Counted from the stretch's first letter, positions 7,912 through 17,519 are shown. The stretch: 19,359 nucleotides of DNA from an uncultured Dictyoglomota bacterium (GCA_964654465.1 CAZZIO010000068.1:1-19359), one strand, 5' to 3'. The notes: generated from the sequence alone by a model not told the origin. Translations and numbers: made by a program.

Positions 7912-9408
7912 ATGCCTTTCTCTCTTATTAGTGTTTATGACAAGACCGGAATTGAGAATCTTTGCCTTGAATTAATCAACCATGGATATCATATTATTGC
8001 GACTTCTTCTACTGCTAAATATCTAAGGGAGAAAGGATTTGAAGTAAAAGAAGTATCTGAATATACAGATTTCAAAGAATTAATTGGTGGAAGAGTTAAA
8101 ACACTTCATCCCAAAATATTTGCAGGAATTTTGGCTAGAAGAGATAAAAAAGAAGACATAGAAGACATACAGAAAAAAAACATCCCTTTAATAGATATTG
8201 TTGTTTGCAACCTTTATCCTTTTGCAAAAGTTATTTCTAAAAAAGATGTATCTTTAGAAGAAGCATTAGAAAACATCGATATCGGAGGTGTAAGCCTTTT
8301 AAGAGCAGCTGCAAAAAACTTTCCATATGTTCTTGTAGTCCCATCCCCTGAAGATTACGAGAAAGTAATTCAATATTTAAGAGAAAATAGTAATGATATT
8401 GAATTTAGAAGAGAGATGGCTATTAAAGCCTTTTCTATTACCTCCATATATGATCAAACTATATCCTCCTATTTATCTCAAGAATTTTATGAAAATATAA
8501 ATCTTAATTTAAGCAAGAAAATAGATTTAAGGTATGGAGAAAATCCTCAGCAAAAAGCAGGATTTTATACTTTACCTTATCAAGAAATACCTTTTGAGAA
8601 ACTTCAAGGAAAAGAATTATCCTATAATAATCTCTTAGATATGGATTCAGCTTGGAATTTAGTTAAAGAATTTACAGAGCCCACTGTAGCAATTATCAAG
8701 CATAACAATCCTTGCGGTGTAGCTTCTGACAATAACCCCACTAAAGCCTTTTTAAAAGCCCTTGAAAGTGATCCTGTATCAGCATATGGTGGAATTATAG
8801 CATGCAATTTTATTTTAGACGAAAATACAGCAAAAGAGATAACAAAATCTTTTTTTGAGATTGTAGTAGTACCAGGTATTACAGAAGAAGCTAAAAATAT
8901 TCTTTCTACTAAAAAGAACTTAAGAGTTTTAATATATAAAGAAAATATTCCAGAGAATCCTTTTGAGATAAGATCTTTAAGGAGAGGATTCTTAATTCAA
9001 ACCTTCAATAATGTAATGATGAAAAGCTATGAAGTAAAAACATCTATAAAACCTGATGAAAAGGATATAGAAGAATTACTTTTTGCTTTAAAAGTTGTAA
9101 AACATGTTAAATCAAATGCTATTGTGGTTAGTAAAAACAAACAAACCTTAGGAATTGGAGCTGGACAAATGAATAGAGTGAATTCAGTAAAAATAGCACT
9201 AGAACAAGCAGGAGAAAAAGCAAAAGGGGCTTATCTTGCATCTGACGCTTTCTTTCCTTTTCCAGATTCCATAACTCTTGCAGCCCAATACGGAATAAAG
9301 GCTGTAATTCAACCATCAGGGTCCATAAGAGATGAGGAAGTAATAAAAGAAGCAGAGAAAAATGGAATCATATTAGTCATGATAGATACCAGACATTTTA
9401 GACATTGA
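7912..9408 (+). CDS. purH: Bifunctional AICAR transformylase / IMP cyclohydrolase
   Basis: SVYDKTG, GRVKTLHP, NIDIGG, RAAAKN, LRYGENPQQ, KHNNPCG, KSNAI, ASDAFFPF and RHFRH C-terminus. Confidence 0.97.
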   Translation: MPFSLISVYDKTGIENLCLELINHGYHIIATSSTAKYLREKGFEVKEVSEYTDFKELIGGRVKTLHPKIFAGILARRDKKEDIEDIQKKNIPLIDIVVCNLYPFAKVISKKDVSLEEALENIDIGGVSLLRAAAKNFPYVLVVPSPEDYEKVIQYLRENSNDIEFRREMAIKAFSITSIYDQTISSYLSQEFYENINLNLSKKIDLRYGENPQQKAGFYTLPYQEIPFEKLQGKELSYNNLLDMDSAWNLVKEFTEPTVAIIKHNNPCGVASDNNPTKAFLKALESDPVSAYGGIIACNFILDENTAKEITKSFFEIVVVPGITEEAKNILSTKKNLRVLIYKENIPENPFEIRSLRRGFLIQTFNNVMMKSYEVKTSIKPDEKDIEELLFALKVVKHVKSNAIVVSKNKQTLGIGAGQMNRVNSVKIALEQAGEKAKGAYLASDAFFPFPDSITLAAQYGIKAVIQPSGSIRDEEVIKEAEKNGIILVMIDTRHFRH

Positions 9409-10055
9409 ACCAAATAGAAGAGATTTTTAAAATTCTTTTTGATAGATATGGTCCTCAATATTGGTGGCCTGCTGAAACTCCTTTTGAAGTAATAGTAGGA
9501 GCTATTCTTACTCAGGCCACAAGTTGGAATAATGTGGAAAAGGCAATTAATAATTTAAAAAAACATAATCTTCTTGATCCTTATAGTATTTACAACATCT
9601 CTGAAAAGGATTTGTCAAATCTTATTAAACCATGTGGATTTTACAAGATAAAAGCAAAAAGACTTAAAAGTTTTATAGAGTTTTTTATTAGTAAATTTGA
9701 AGGAAACATATCCAAGATGAACGTTTATCCCACATCATATCTAAGAAAAGAACTTTTAAACATAAATGGCATAGGTATGGAAACCGCAGATTCCATTTTA
9801 TTATATGCATTAAATAGACCTGTTTTTGTAATTGACAACTATACCAAAAGATTATTTCACTGCCTTGGACTTTTTGACTACAAATTACCTTATGAGAAAT
9901 GGCAACAAATTTTTCACAACTCTTTATTCCCAATTTACCAACTATATCAAGAATATCACGCACTGATTATAGAACATGGTAAAAGAAAATGTAGAAGATG
10001 CAATGATAAATGTTTTCTTAAAAAGACTTTATATTTAAACCCTACTTTTGGATAA
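9405..10055 (+). CDS. HhH-GPD DNA glycosylase (endonuclease III-related, MagIII/MpgII-like)
   Basis: WWPAETPFEVIVGAILTQ, GFYKIKAKRL, HhH LLNINGIGMETADSILLY and VIDNYTKR. The TTG start overlaps the purH stop (TTGA). Confidence 0.88.
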   Translation: MNQIEEIFKILFDRYGPQYWWPAETPFEVIVGAILTQATSWNNVEKAINNLKKHNLLDPYSIYNISEKDLSNLIKPCGFYKIKAKRLKSFIEFFISKFEGNISKMNVYPTSYLRKELLNINGIGMETADSILLYALNRPVFVIDNYTKRLFHCLGLFDYKLPYEKWQQIFHNSLFPIYQLYQEYHALIIEHGKRKCRRCNDKCFLKKTLYLNPTFG

Positions 10056-11076
10056 AAGCTTTTTCTAAAGGTTCCTTTTTTATTTCTCTTATGGATAATT
10101 CTTTCATTACTTTTATAAAAATTGTTTCTACATAATTATCAGGAATATCACCCACGAGAAGATAATATTTATTATCTTTCTTCCAAACTATAGATTTCCA
10201 CAGAATATTAGATGCAAAAAATACCTGAGTACCATCAATAATAATAAGCTGTCCAGTAGGTCTGAAAGGAATATTGCCCTCAAAAAGGGATAAATCAGAA
10301 ACTCCATCTGAATACTTATAATAATGGGTTATTTTATCATTATCTTCTAATATAGAATAAAATTTAATAAGCATATATCCTAAAGGAAGCTCAAAAGGTA
10401 CTTTTGCATTATTAATTTTTTCCTCGACTAATTTACTCTCCTCTATTTTCGTATTCTTATTTCTTATAAAGTCAAGATTAAAAAGATTCTCAGAGAACTT
10501 AGGATTAAAATTGATCTCTATAAACATCGTTCTTCCCACAATTTTTCCATTACTATTATACTTATCCGTTCTCAAAGATATATATTTTTCACTATCTATC
10601 CACATTTTACTTATGAGTTTCTTAGTATATTTAGAAACGAATAGAATAACATATACCCTCCTGCCTAAAAATACCTCTTCATTTTCTATAGTAACAATAT
10701 AATTTTTCCTTATTAATCTTATTTGTCTTTCTATCTCATCTTTAGTTCTTATGATAAAAGATGAAGGAGAAATTCTTACCACATTAATTTTAGGGTCAAA
10801 ATCATATTGATATCTTCCATTATCTATAACTACTCTACCCAAAAGGAAGGGTGGAGATAAATAATCTTTTCTAAAAAGATAATTACCATTAGAATAAACC
10901 TTAGCAATACTTGTTTTCTCAAAATTAGGATCATCAAATAATATAGAAACCTCTATGCCTGAAAATGGTACTATACCATTATTTTTTTCATAATTTCTAA
11001 TAATTTCGAAAGGATCTTCAGCAAAAACAGTTGTAATGTAAAAGAGACTTATAAACAGTACAAATATCCTTTTCAT
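10042..11076 (-). CDS. Exported RseB/MucB-like (LolA-fold) sigma-factor regulatory protein
   Basis: Signal peptide (..TTVFA-ED). LolA/RseB-like segments (FLGRRVY, MWIDSEKYISLR, INFNPKFSENLF) and C-terminal LPLGY...YSDGVSDLSLF...LVGDIP as in RseB/MucB C-domains. Lies downstream of sigma/anti-sigma. Confidence 0.7.
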   Translation of the reverse strand: MKRIFVLFISLFYITTVFAEDPFEIIRNYEKNNGIVPFSGIEVSILFDDPNFEKTSIAKVYSNGNYLFRKDYLSPPFLLGRVVIDNGRYQYDFDPKINVVRISPSSFIIRTKDEIERQIRLIRKNYIVTIENEEVFLGRRVYVILFVSKYTKKLISKMWIDSEKYISLRTDKYNSNGKIVGRTMFIEINFNPKFSENLFNLDFIRNKNTKIEESKLVEEKINNAKVPFELPLGYMLIKFYSILEDNDKITHYYKYSDGVSDLSLFEGNIPFRPTGQLIIIDGTQVFFASNILWKSIVWKKDNKYYLLVGDIPDNYVETIFIKVMKELSIREIKKEPLEKAFIQK

Positions 11077-11079
11077 TAC

Positions 11080-11517
11080 TCATTTTCCACTATACTGATA
11101 AAGTACAAGATCGACCAAAGTATTTTCATTTATTGAAGTACTCATTTTTCCGTGAAAGTTATAATAACTGTATATGTTTTTATCAAAACTCTGAGATTTA
11201 AAATAATTCTGGGCAAGAAAGATAATTGCACCGAAGAAAGCAATAAAACCAAGAATTAAAAGGAATTTTCTGAACGGGTTCTTTAAAAATTCATCTTTCT
11301 CTAAGGTATATTTTACCCAGATTTTATCTGACAATTCTTCGTAAGGTTCAATTTCAGGAAGTTCATGGATTAATTTCACTATTTTCTCCATCATTTCTAA
11401 TTCCCTTCTACAATAAGGACAAGTTAAAAGATGAGCTTCTAACTCTCTCCTTTTATCTGGAGAGATTTCACCATCAATATATGACGATATCAATCTTTTG
11501 GCCTCTTTACATTGCAT
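11080..11517 (-). CDS. Zinc-binding transmembrane anti-sigma factor (zf-HC2/ZAS)
   Basis: C3...ISSYIDGE...HLLTCPYC (HxxxCxxC), one TM helix (about aa 85-103) and a short exported tail. Overlaps the sigma gene stop. Confidence 0.9.
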   Translation of the reverse strand: MQCKEAKRLISSYIDGEISPDKRRELEAHLLTCPYCRRELEMMEKIVKLIHELPEIEPYEELSDKIWVKYTLEKDEFLKNPFRKFLLILGFIAFFGAIIFLAQNYFKSQSFDKNIYSYYNFHGKMSTSINENTLVDLVLYQYSGK

Positions 11518-12181
11518 AATTTACATCTTCCTTTAAAAGTTTCTCTTTCAATTCTTTTCTTGCTCTAAAAAGTCTTGATTCTACAGTACCCACAGGACAA
11601 TTTAGTATTTTAGCTATCTCCCCGTATGACAATCCTTCATATTCCCTAAGTATTAAAACTTCCTGATATTCCTTAGGAAGCTCCTTTATTAATCTACGTA
11701 CTTTACTTTTCACATCTTCCTTTTCTACTATATCTAAAGGATCCTTTGTATCTCCCGCTATTATACTTTCAAATGTATTATCATCTTCTTCATTTATTGA
11801 ATTATCTAAGGAATATACTTCTTTATTTTTTCTTCTATAATCATGAGCAATATTAATCGTTATTCTATAGAGCCATGTAGAAAACTTTGAATCTCCTCTA
11901 AAACTATTAATACTTTTAAAGGCCTTTATAAATACTTCTTGTACAAGATCTTCCAAATCTGGAATATTTCCAAGTTGAAGATAAAGAATATTCAAGATTT
12001 TCTTTTCGTATCTTTTCACAAGGATAGAGAAGGCCTCTCTATCTCCACCTTTGATATAAGAGAGAAGAGCATGATCAGATAACTTGCCTTTTTCCTCCTC
12101 AGAAAGGGAGGAAAAAGGCTTTAATTCATTATCAGATATAGTTTTCTTTCCTTTAATCACACTAACTAATTCTCTATACAT
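11507..12181 (-). CDS. ECF RNA polymerase sigma-70 factor (RpoE/SigW-like)
   Basis: Region 2 (EDLVQEVFIKAF..FRGDSKFSTWLYRITIN) and region 4 (LREYEGLSYGEIAKILNCPVGTVESRLFRAR). Confidence 0.95.
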   Translation of the reverse strand: MYRELVSVIKGKKTISDNELKPFSSLSEEEKGKLSDHALLSYIKGGDREAFSILVKRYEKKILNILYLQLGNIPDLEDLVQEVFIKAFKSINSFRGDSKFSTWLYRITINIAHDYRRKNKEVYSLDNSINEEDDNTFESIIAGDTKDPLDIVEKEDVKSKVRRLIKELPKEYQEVLILREYEGLSYGEIAKILNCPVGTVESRLFRARKELKEKLLKEDVNYAM

Positions 12182-12201
12182 AATATTTTCTTCCCTTCAG
12201 T

Positions 12202-12840
12202 TTAAAATTTAGGAGCCTTTCTATTATATATCATTAACAAGTATCTTAACCTTGCCACATCCCCTTTATCTAAAACATTGCTTATCTCTTTCCACATTTC
12301 TTTCTTCGTATCCTTTTCTTTTATCCTTAGTTCTCTAATCTCTTTTTTCAATTGTTCTAATTTTTCCTTATCTTGACTTCCAAGAGCTCTTGCTTGTAAA
12401 GTCTTTTCTCTTATTTGTAATCTTAATTCCTTTAAAGCATCAAAATACTTATCCAAAATAGCCTTAACTTTTACCTTCTGTTCTTCTTTAAGCTTTAAAC
12501 TCTTATCAAGGAAAGACAGTAAATTCTTCTTCCATTCTTCATATATCTTGTTATTCAAAATTTTTAATTCTTTAATATTTTGCTGTAATTTTTCAGAATC
12601 AATCTTTTCTTCTCTTAAAAGTAACTGAATCTCAGCTTGTATTCTATTTCTTTCTCTTAAAAGATTCTGTAAATCTTGAGAAACAAGAACTCCCAGCCCA
12701 AAGGTATATCTGTTTCTGTCTAATATCATAACTTTTTCTCTATAAAGCATCGGACCTTTATGATTTGGAGTAGCAAAAATAATATTTGAAATAAGGAAAA
12801 GTATTATTAAGATTCCTACAACATACTTCAGACTTTTCAT
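12202..12840 (-). CDS. Exported helical/coiled-coil protein, possibly Spy/CpxP/ZraP-like
   Basis: Signal peptide, charged all-helical sequence and an LKEEQ motif resembling LTxxQ. SD AAAGGGGTGA. Family assignment is tentative. Confidence 0.55.
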   Translation of the reverse strand: MKSLKYVVGILIILFLISNIIFATPNHKGPMLYREKVMILDRNRYTFGLGVLVSQDLQNLLRERNRIQAEIQLLLREEKIDSEKLQQNIKELKILNNKIYEEWKKNLLSFLDKSLKLKEEQKVKVKAILDKYFDALKELRLQIREKTLQARALGSQDKEKLEQLKKEIRELRIKEKDTKKEMWKEISNVLDKGDVARLRYLLMIYNRKAPKF

Positions 12841-12879
12841 ATTCTCACCCCTTTCTAAATACCTTTTTACATAATTTAT

Positions 12880-12905
12880 GACGAAAATTACTATTTTTTA
12901 TTCCC
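12880..12905 (-). promoter_or_regulatory. Candidate ECF-sigma-dependent promoter
   Basis: Minus strand GGGAAT (12905-12900), 16 nt, CGTC (12883-12880), upstream of the four-gene ECF module. Confidence 0.55.
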
Positions 12906-14376
12906 AATTTTTAGCTCTTCTAACAGCTTCTTTCCATTTCTTTAAAAGCTCTCCCCTTTTCTCCTCTGAGAGACAGGGCTCAAAAATTTTCTCTTCTCTC
13001 CATAAATGCTTGAGTTCATCAGTACTTTTCCATAAACCTACTCCAAGGCCTGCCAAAAATGCTGCACCTAAGGATGTTGTTTCAGTAATAAGAGGTCTTA
13101 TAACTCTTATATTAGAAATATCAGACTGAAATTGCATAAGAAAATTGTTAGCAGAAGCACCACCATCAACTCTTAATTCTCTAATTTTTATACCAGTCTC
13201 TTCACTCATGAGTTCTAAAACATCTTGGGTTTGATATGCTATAGCTTCCAAAGCTGCTCTTATAATGTGTCCTTTCTGAGTTCCGCGGGTTATTCCTATA
13301 ATTAGTCCCCTCGCAAACATATCCCAGTAAGGCGCTCCCAGCCCTACAAATGCAGGTACAAAAAACACTCCTCCGTTATCATCAACACTCTTTGCAAGAA
13401 TTTCGCTTTCTAAAGAATTCTTTATAATTCCTAAATTATCCCTAAGCCATTGTATCACTGCTCCTGCAATAAAAACACTACCTTCTAAGGCATAATAGAT
13501 CTCATCTCCTACCCCATAAGCTATAGTAGTAATAAGACCTTTAGATGAATATTTAATATTTTTGCCCGTATTCAGTAAAATAAAACAACCAGTACCATAT
13601 GTATTTTTTACTATGCCTTCTTCAAAACCACATTGCCCAAAAAGGGCAGCTTGTTGGTCTCCTGCATCCCCAGATATGGGAATCTCAAAATTGTCAATAA
13701 TATGGCATGTCCCATATACACAACTTGAAGGGAGAACCTTAGGCATCATAACTCTCGGAATATTCATTATCTCTAAGAGCTCATCATCCCAATCTAAGGT
13801 TTTTAAGTTAAAAAGCATAGTTCTTGAAGCATTAGAATAATCTGTAACGTGGACTTTACCTCCCGTAAGATTCCATATTAACCAAGTATCCACTGTACCA
13901 AAAAGGAGCTTACCTTCTTCAGCCTTTCTTCTTGCGTTAGGTATATTGTCTAATATCCATTTAATCTTGGGCCCTGAAAAGTATGCATCAATTACAAGAC
14001 CAGTTTTCTCCTTTATTAATTCAGAAAGACCTTCTTTCTTTAATTCTTCACAATAATTTGCTGTTCTTCTACACTGCCAAACAATTGCATTGTATATTGG
14101 TTCTCCTGTTTCTTTGTCCCACACAATAGTTGTTTCTCTCTGATTAGTAACTCCTATAGCAGAAATCTCTTTTGGTGATATGCCTGATTTATAAACAGCC
14201 TCTATCATTACTTCTTTTTGAGAATTCCAAATATCCCAAGGATTATGCTCTACCCATCCTGGTTTTGGGAAAATTTGAGGAAATTCTTTTTGAGCCATAC
14301 TAATAATATTACCTAAGGAATCAAAAACTATTGCTCTTGAGCTCGTAGTTCCCTGATCTAATGCAAGAATATACAT
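12898..14376 (-). CDS. glpK: Glycerol kinase
   Basis: [60 protein letters not shown] and RVDGGA motifs. SD GGAGGT. Confidence 0.97.
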   Translation of the reverse strand: MYILALDQGTTSSRAIVFDSLGNIISMAQKEFPQIFPKPGWVEHNPWDIWNSQKEVMIEAVYKSGISPKEISAIGVTNQRETTIVWDKETGEPIYNAIVWQCRRTANYCEELKKEGLSELIKEKTGLVIDAYFSGPKIKWILDNIPNARRKAEEGKLLFGTVDTWLIWNLTGGKVHVTDYSNASRTMLFNLKTLDWDDELLEIMNIPRVMMPKVLPSSCVYGTCHIIDNFEIPISGDAGDQQAALFGQCGFEEGIVKNTYGTGCFILLNTGKNIKYSSKGLITTIAYGVGDEIYYALEGSVFIAGAVIQWLRDNLGIIKNSLESEILAKSVDDNGGVFFVPAFVGLGAPYWDMFARGLIIGITRGTQKGHIIRAALEAIAYQTQDVLELMSEETGIKIRELRVDGGASANNFLMQFQSDISNIRVIRPLITETTSLGAAFLAGLGVGLWKSTDELKHLWREEKIFEPCLSEEKRGELLKKWKEAVRRAKNWE

Positions 14377-14405
14377 ATTTACCTCCCCCTCTTTCCTAAA
14401 TTTTT

Positions 14406-14972
14406 TTATTTTTTCCTCAAATAGTCTATCAAATCGTTCAACTGCTTTTTATACATAGTTACGTGATAAAAAGGATTTAATGGTTGTCCTTTACTCCATG
14501 CTTCCATAAATTTTTGAAATTCCTGTCTCTCTTTCTCAGAAACATTTTGTGGTCCTCTCCATTGAGGATTAACTTGCCCCTGACTTATCTGTGAACCTTG
14601 AGGATTTTGTTGCAACTTTTGCCTTATTTCTTCAAATCTTTTTTGCCTTTCTATTTGTAATTTGTCAAGATAGGTTATTTGCTCATCAGTTAAAACAGTC
14701 TCAATCCTTGATATAAATTTATCAGCCTCCTTCTTGGGAAGCATATTTGTTTTAAGAAGCTCCTGTAGGATAGGAATAAGTTTTTGAGCCTGGTTTTTTG
14801 TAATAGCCACCTTCTTATCTTTATCAAGCTCTCTTAAATCCCTTATTAATCTTATAAGATATTGAACTTCTTGAGACATAAAATTTCTTCTTTGTTGTTG
14901 AGTTTGGGTTTGAGGATATACTAAGGTTATTAGTAATATAACGAACAACATTAAAGTAATTAGTCTCTTCAT
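14406..14972 (-). CDS. Exported hypothetical helical protein with Gln-rich linker
   Basis: Start moved to ATG 14972 (SD AAGGAGG at 14987-14981). Signal peptide [33 protein letters not shown] and LTDEQ motifs, Q/G/P-rich segment and NPF motif. Confidence 0.7.
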   Translation of the reverse strand: MKRLITLMLFVILLITLVYPQTQTQQQRRNFMSQEVQYLIRLIRDLRELDKDKKVAITKNQAQKLIPILQELLKTNMLPKKEADKFISRIETVLTDEQITYLDKLQIERQKRFEEIRQKLQQNPQGSQISQGQVNPQWRGPQNVSEKERQEFQKFMEAWSKGQPLNPFYHVTMYKKQLNDLIDYLRKK

Positions 14973-14988
14973 GGCATTTACCTCCTTA

Positions 14989-16209
14989 TTATTCATACCT
15001 CAAAGCCTCTATAGGATTCAATTTAGAAGCTCTTCTTGCAGGATAATAACCAAAAAATATACCAACCAATGCAGATACTGTAAACGATAAGATTATAGGA
15101 TTTAATGTTACAACAGCAGAAAGACCAGAAAATGATTTTATAATTTGTGCTAAGAAAATACCTAATAAAATACCCACTATCCCACCTACTACTGACACAA
15201 TTACTGATTCTAAGAGAAATTGCAAAAGAATATATCCAGATTTTGCTCCTACAGCTTTTCTTATACCTATTTCTTTTATTCTTTCTGTAACGTTGACCAA
15301 CATTATATTCATAATACCTATTCCACCAACTAAAAGGGAAATAGCCGCTATTCCTGCAAGAAAGAGAGTTAATGTTTGCATTGACTGATTCAAAGAAGAA
15401 AGAATAGTTAATTGATTCTGTACTACAAAATCATCTTCATCGGGATTTGTTATCTTATGCTTTTTTCTTATTATTTCCTCAATCCGGGTTTGAAGATCAT
15501 CCATGACATCAGGACTTACAGCAGAAATATATATATTGTTTAAAAAATTTCCTCCTTGAATTTTACGCTGAAAGGTAGTTAAAGGTATAAATATCATATC
15601 ATCCAAGTTAGCAAATCCGCCTAATTGTCCTTGAGGTTCAAGAATTCCTATAACTTTAAATGTTATTCCAGCTATTTTTATACTTTGACCCACAGGGTCC
15701 TCATTCCCAAAAAGAGTTTCGGCAACAGAAGATCCCAATACTGCTACTTTTTTACTCCCCCTATAATCCTCTTCACTGAAGAAATCTCCTTCCTTTAACT
15801 TTATCTCTCTCACCCTCATATAATCAGCAGAAGTACCAATAACTTGAGTATTAGAATTTGATGCCTTATACTTTACCTGAACATTTCTGTTTGCATAAGG
15901 TACTATAGCTACTACTTTTGAACTGTCCAACTCTTCTTTAAGAGCTTCATAGTCATCATTAGTAATAGAACTTCGAGGTGCTCCTCTTACAAGCCCAACT
16001 CCTCTACCAAATCGTGGAAAAACAGTAAGAAGGTTAGACCCAAGAGATGTAAACTGCTTTTCAATAGAATATTTAGTACCCTCTCCTAAGGATACTAAAG
16101 TTACTACAGCTGCGACTCCTATTATTATCCCAAGAGTTGTAAGAAATGTTCTTAATTTATTTGACGAAAAGCTATAAAGGGCCATCTTTAGTATCTCTAC
16201 AATCATCAT
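14989..16209 (-). CDS. MacB/FtsX-family ABC transporter permease (no fused ATPase)
   Basis: NKLRTFLTTLGIIIGVAAV, large periplasmic domain, SLLVGGIGIMNIMLVNVTERIKEIGIRKAVGA and YPARRASKLNPIEALRYE. Confidence 0.95.
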   Translation of the reverse strand: MMIVEILKMALYSFSSNKLRTFLTTLGIIIGVAAVVTLVSLGEGTKYSIEKQFTSLGSNLLTVFPRFGRGVGLVRGAPRSSITNDDYEALKEELDSSKVVAIVPYANRNVQVKYKASNSNTQVIGTSADYMRVREIKLKEGDFFSEEDYRGSKKVAVLGSSVAETLFGNEDPVGQSIKIAGITFKVIGILEPQGQLGGFANLDDMIFIPLTTFQRKIQGGNFLNNIYISAVSPDVMDDLQTRIEEIIRKKHKITNPDEDDFVVQNQLTILSSLNQSMQTLTLFLAGIAAISLLVGGIGIMNIMLVNVTERIKEIGIRKAVGAKSGYILLQFLLESVIVSVVGGIVGILLGIFLAQIIKSFSGLSAVVTLNPIILSFTVSALVGIFFGYYPARRASKLNPIEALRYE

Positions 16210-16220
16210 AGTTATTACAC

Positions 16221-17519
16221 CTACCTTAAAGGAACCCCTGGAATTCTTATTTGCATTTGCTGGTTTGTAGATCTTGATGTACTGCTTGATGATGATAAAA
16301 CAATAACATCACCTTCTTTAAGACCACTTTCCACAATCACATTTGTACCATCGTCTTCTCCCAAAGTGACCCTAACAAGTTCAGTGTTTCCGTTTCCTTT
16401 AAGGATTTCTACATAACTTCTTCTTTCTGTCTTTTTTATAGCTCTAAGGGGTATTAATAAAACATTCTTCTTCTCTAAAAGAATAATATCCCCATCAGCA
16501 CTCATCCCTACTTTTAATTTTAAACCAGGATTAGGTATTTTAACCCTTACCTTAAATATAGGTATATTATTTGAAATAGTTGCAACAGGAGATATCCTAA
16601 TTACTTTTCCCTCAAATTCTTCATCAGGAAAAGCATCTAAAGTAACTCTTACAGGTAGACCCAAAGAAACTTTTCCTATATCTGTCTCATCTACTTCTAA
16701 ACTTAATTCCACATTATCTGTATCCAGTAGCGTCATTAGAACAGTATTATTTGAAATTATTTGGCCATTTACTACTTTCACATTAGACACAATTCCAGAA
16801 AAGGGTGCTTTTATAATAGTATTTTCTAAGTTTTTTTTCGCATTTTGTAAATCCAATTTTGCCTTTTCAAAAGAAAGTCTACTTGTTTCAAGATCTTTTT
16901 GTAAATTTTTAAGTTGATTATCATAATTACTTTTCACGGTCTTTAAATTTGTTTCTGCTTGCATATATGAATTCTTTGCTTTTTCCGAAGTTAGTCTAGC
17001 ATTATCCAAATCACTCTGTGAAGCAAACCCCTTTTCAAAAAGTCCTTTAATCCTTTCTAAATTCTTCTCAGCATTTTTATATTCCAAAAATGCATTATCT
17101 CTACTTATTTGAGCATCACTTAAGTTTTTATCTAAATTTCTTTTTTGTGTTTCATAATTAAGTTTTGCTTGTTCATAGGAGTTTTCAGCATTTTTATAAG
17201 AAATTAATGCTTGATTATAGGATATTTGATAATCTGTAGGATCAACTTTTACAAGAATATCTCCTGCTTTCACTTTTTTACCTTCTTCTATCACATATAT
17301 GACTGTCCCTGATACTTTACTGACAATATCAAGACTTCTCTCAGCCTCGAGCATTCCACTGCCAGATACCGTTACTAAAAGATCTCCTCTTTGTACAGTA
17401 TATGTGGTAATTGTAGTTTTATTTGAAGAAGTTTTTGAATTTCTACCAAAAATACTCCATGATCCTATAATTACAACTAAAATAGCTATAACAATGATTA
17501 ATATACTTTTCTTTTTCAT
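16221..17519 (-). CDS. MacA/HlyD-like periplasmic adaptor protein
   Basis: N-terminal anchor, lipoyl halves (VSGTV..EGKKVKAGDIL; IKAPFSGIV), long alpha-hairpin with R-x3-L-x6-S tip, VDETDI, GMSA and SGLKEGD. Confidence 0.93.
   Translation of the reverse strand: MKKKSILIIVIAILVVIIGSWSIFGRNSKTSSNKTTITTYTVQRGDLLVTVSGSGMLEAERSLDIVSKVSGTVIYVIEEGKKVKAGDILVKVDPTDYQISYNQALISYKNAENSYEQAKLNYETQKRNLDKNLSDAQISRDNAFLEYKNAEKNLERIKGLFEKGFASQSDLDNARLTSEKAKNSYMQAETNLKTVKSNYDNQLKNLQKDLETSRLSFEKAKLDLQNAKKNLENTIIKAPFSGIVSNVKVVNGQIISNNTVLMTLLDTDNVELSLEVDETDIGKVSLGLPVRVTLDAFPDEEFEGKVIRISPVATISNNIPIFKVRVKIPNPGLKLKVGMSADGDIILLEKKNVLLIPLRAIKKTERRSYVEILKGNGNTELVRVTLGEDDGTNVIVESGLKEGDVIVLSSSSSTSRSTNQQMQIRIPGVPLR

Noticed and set aside
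6102-10702. Short ORFs 6102-6335, 8622-8807, 9128-9316, 9688-9963 and 10511-10702
   Set aside because: Antisense shadows of ribU, purH, the glycosylase and the RseB-like gene; no independent support.
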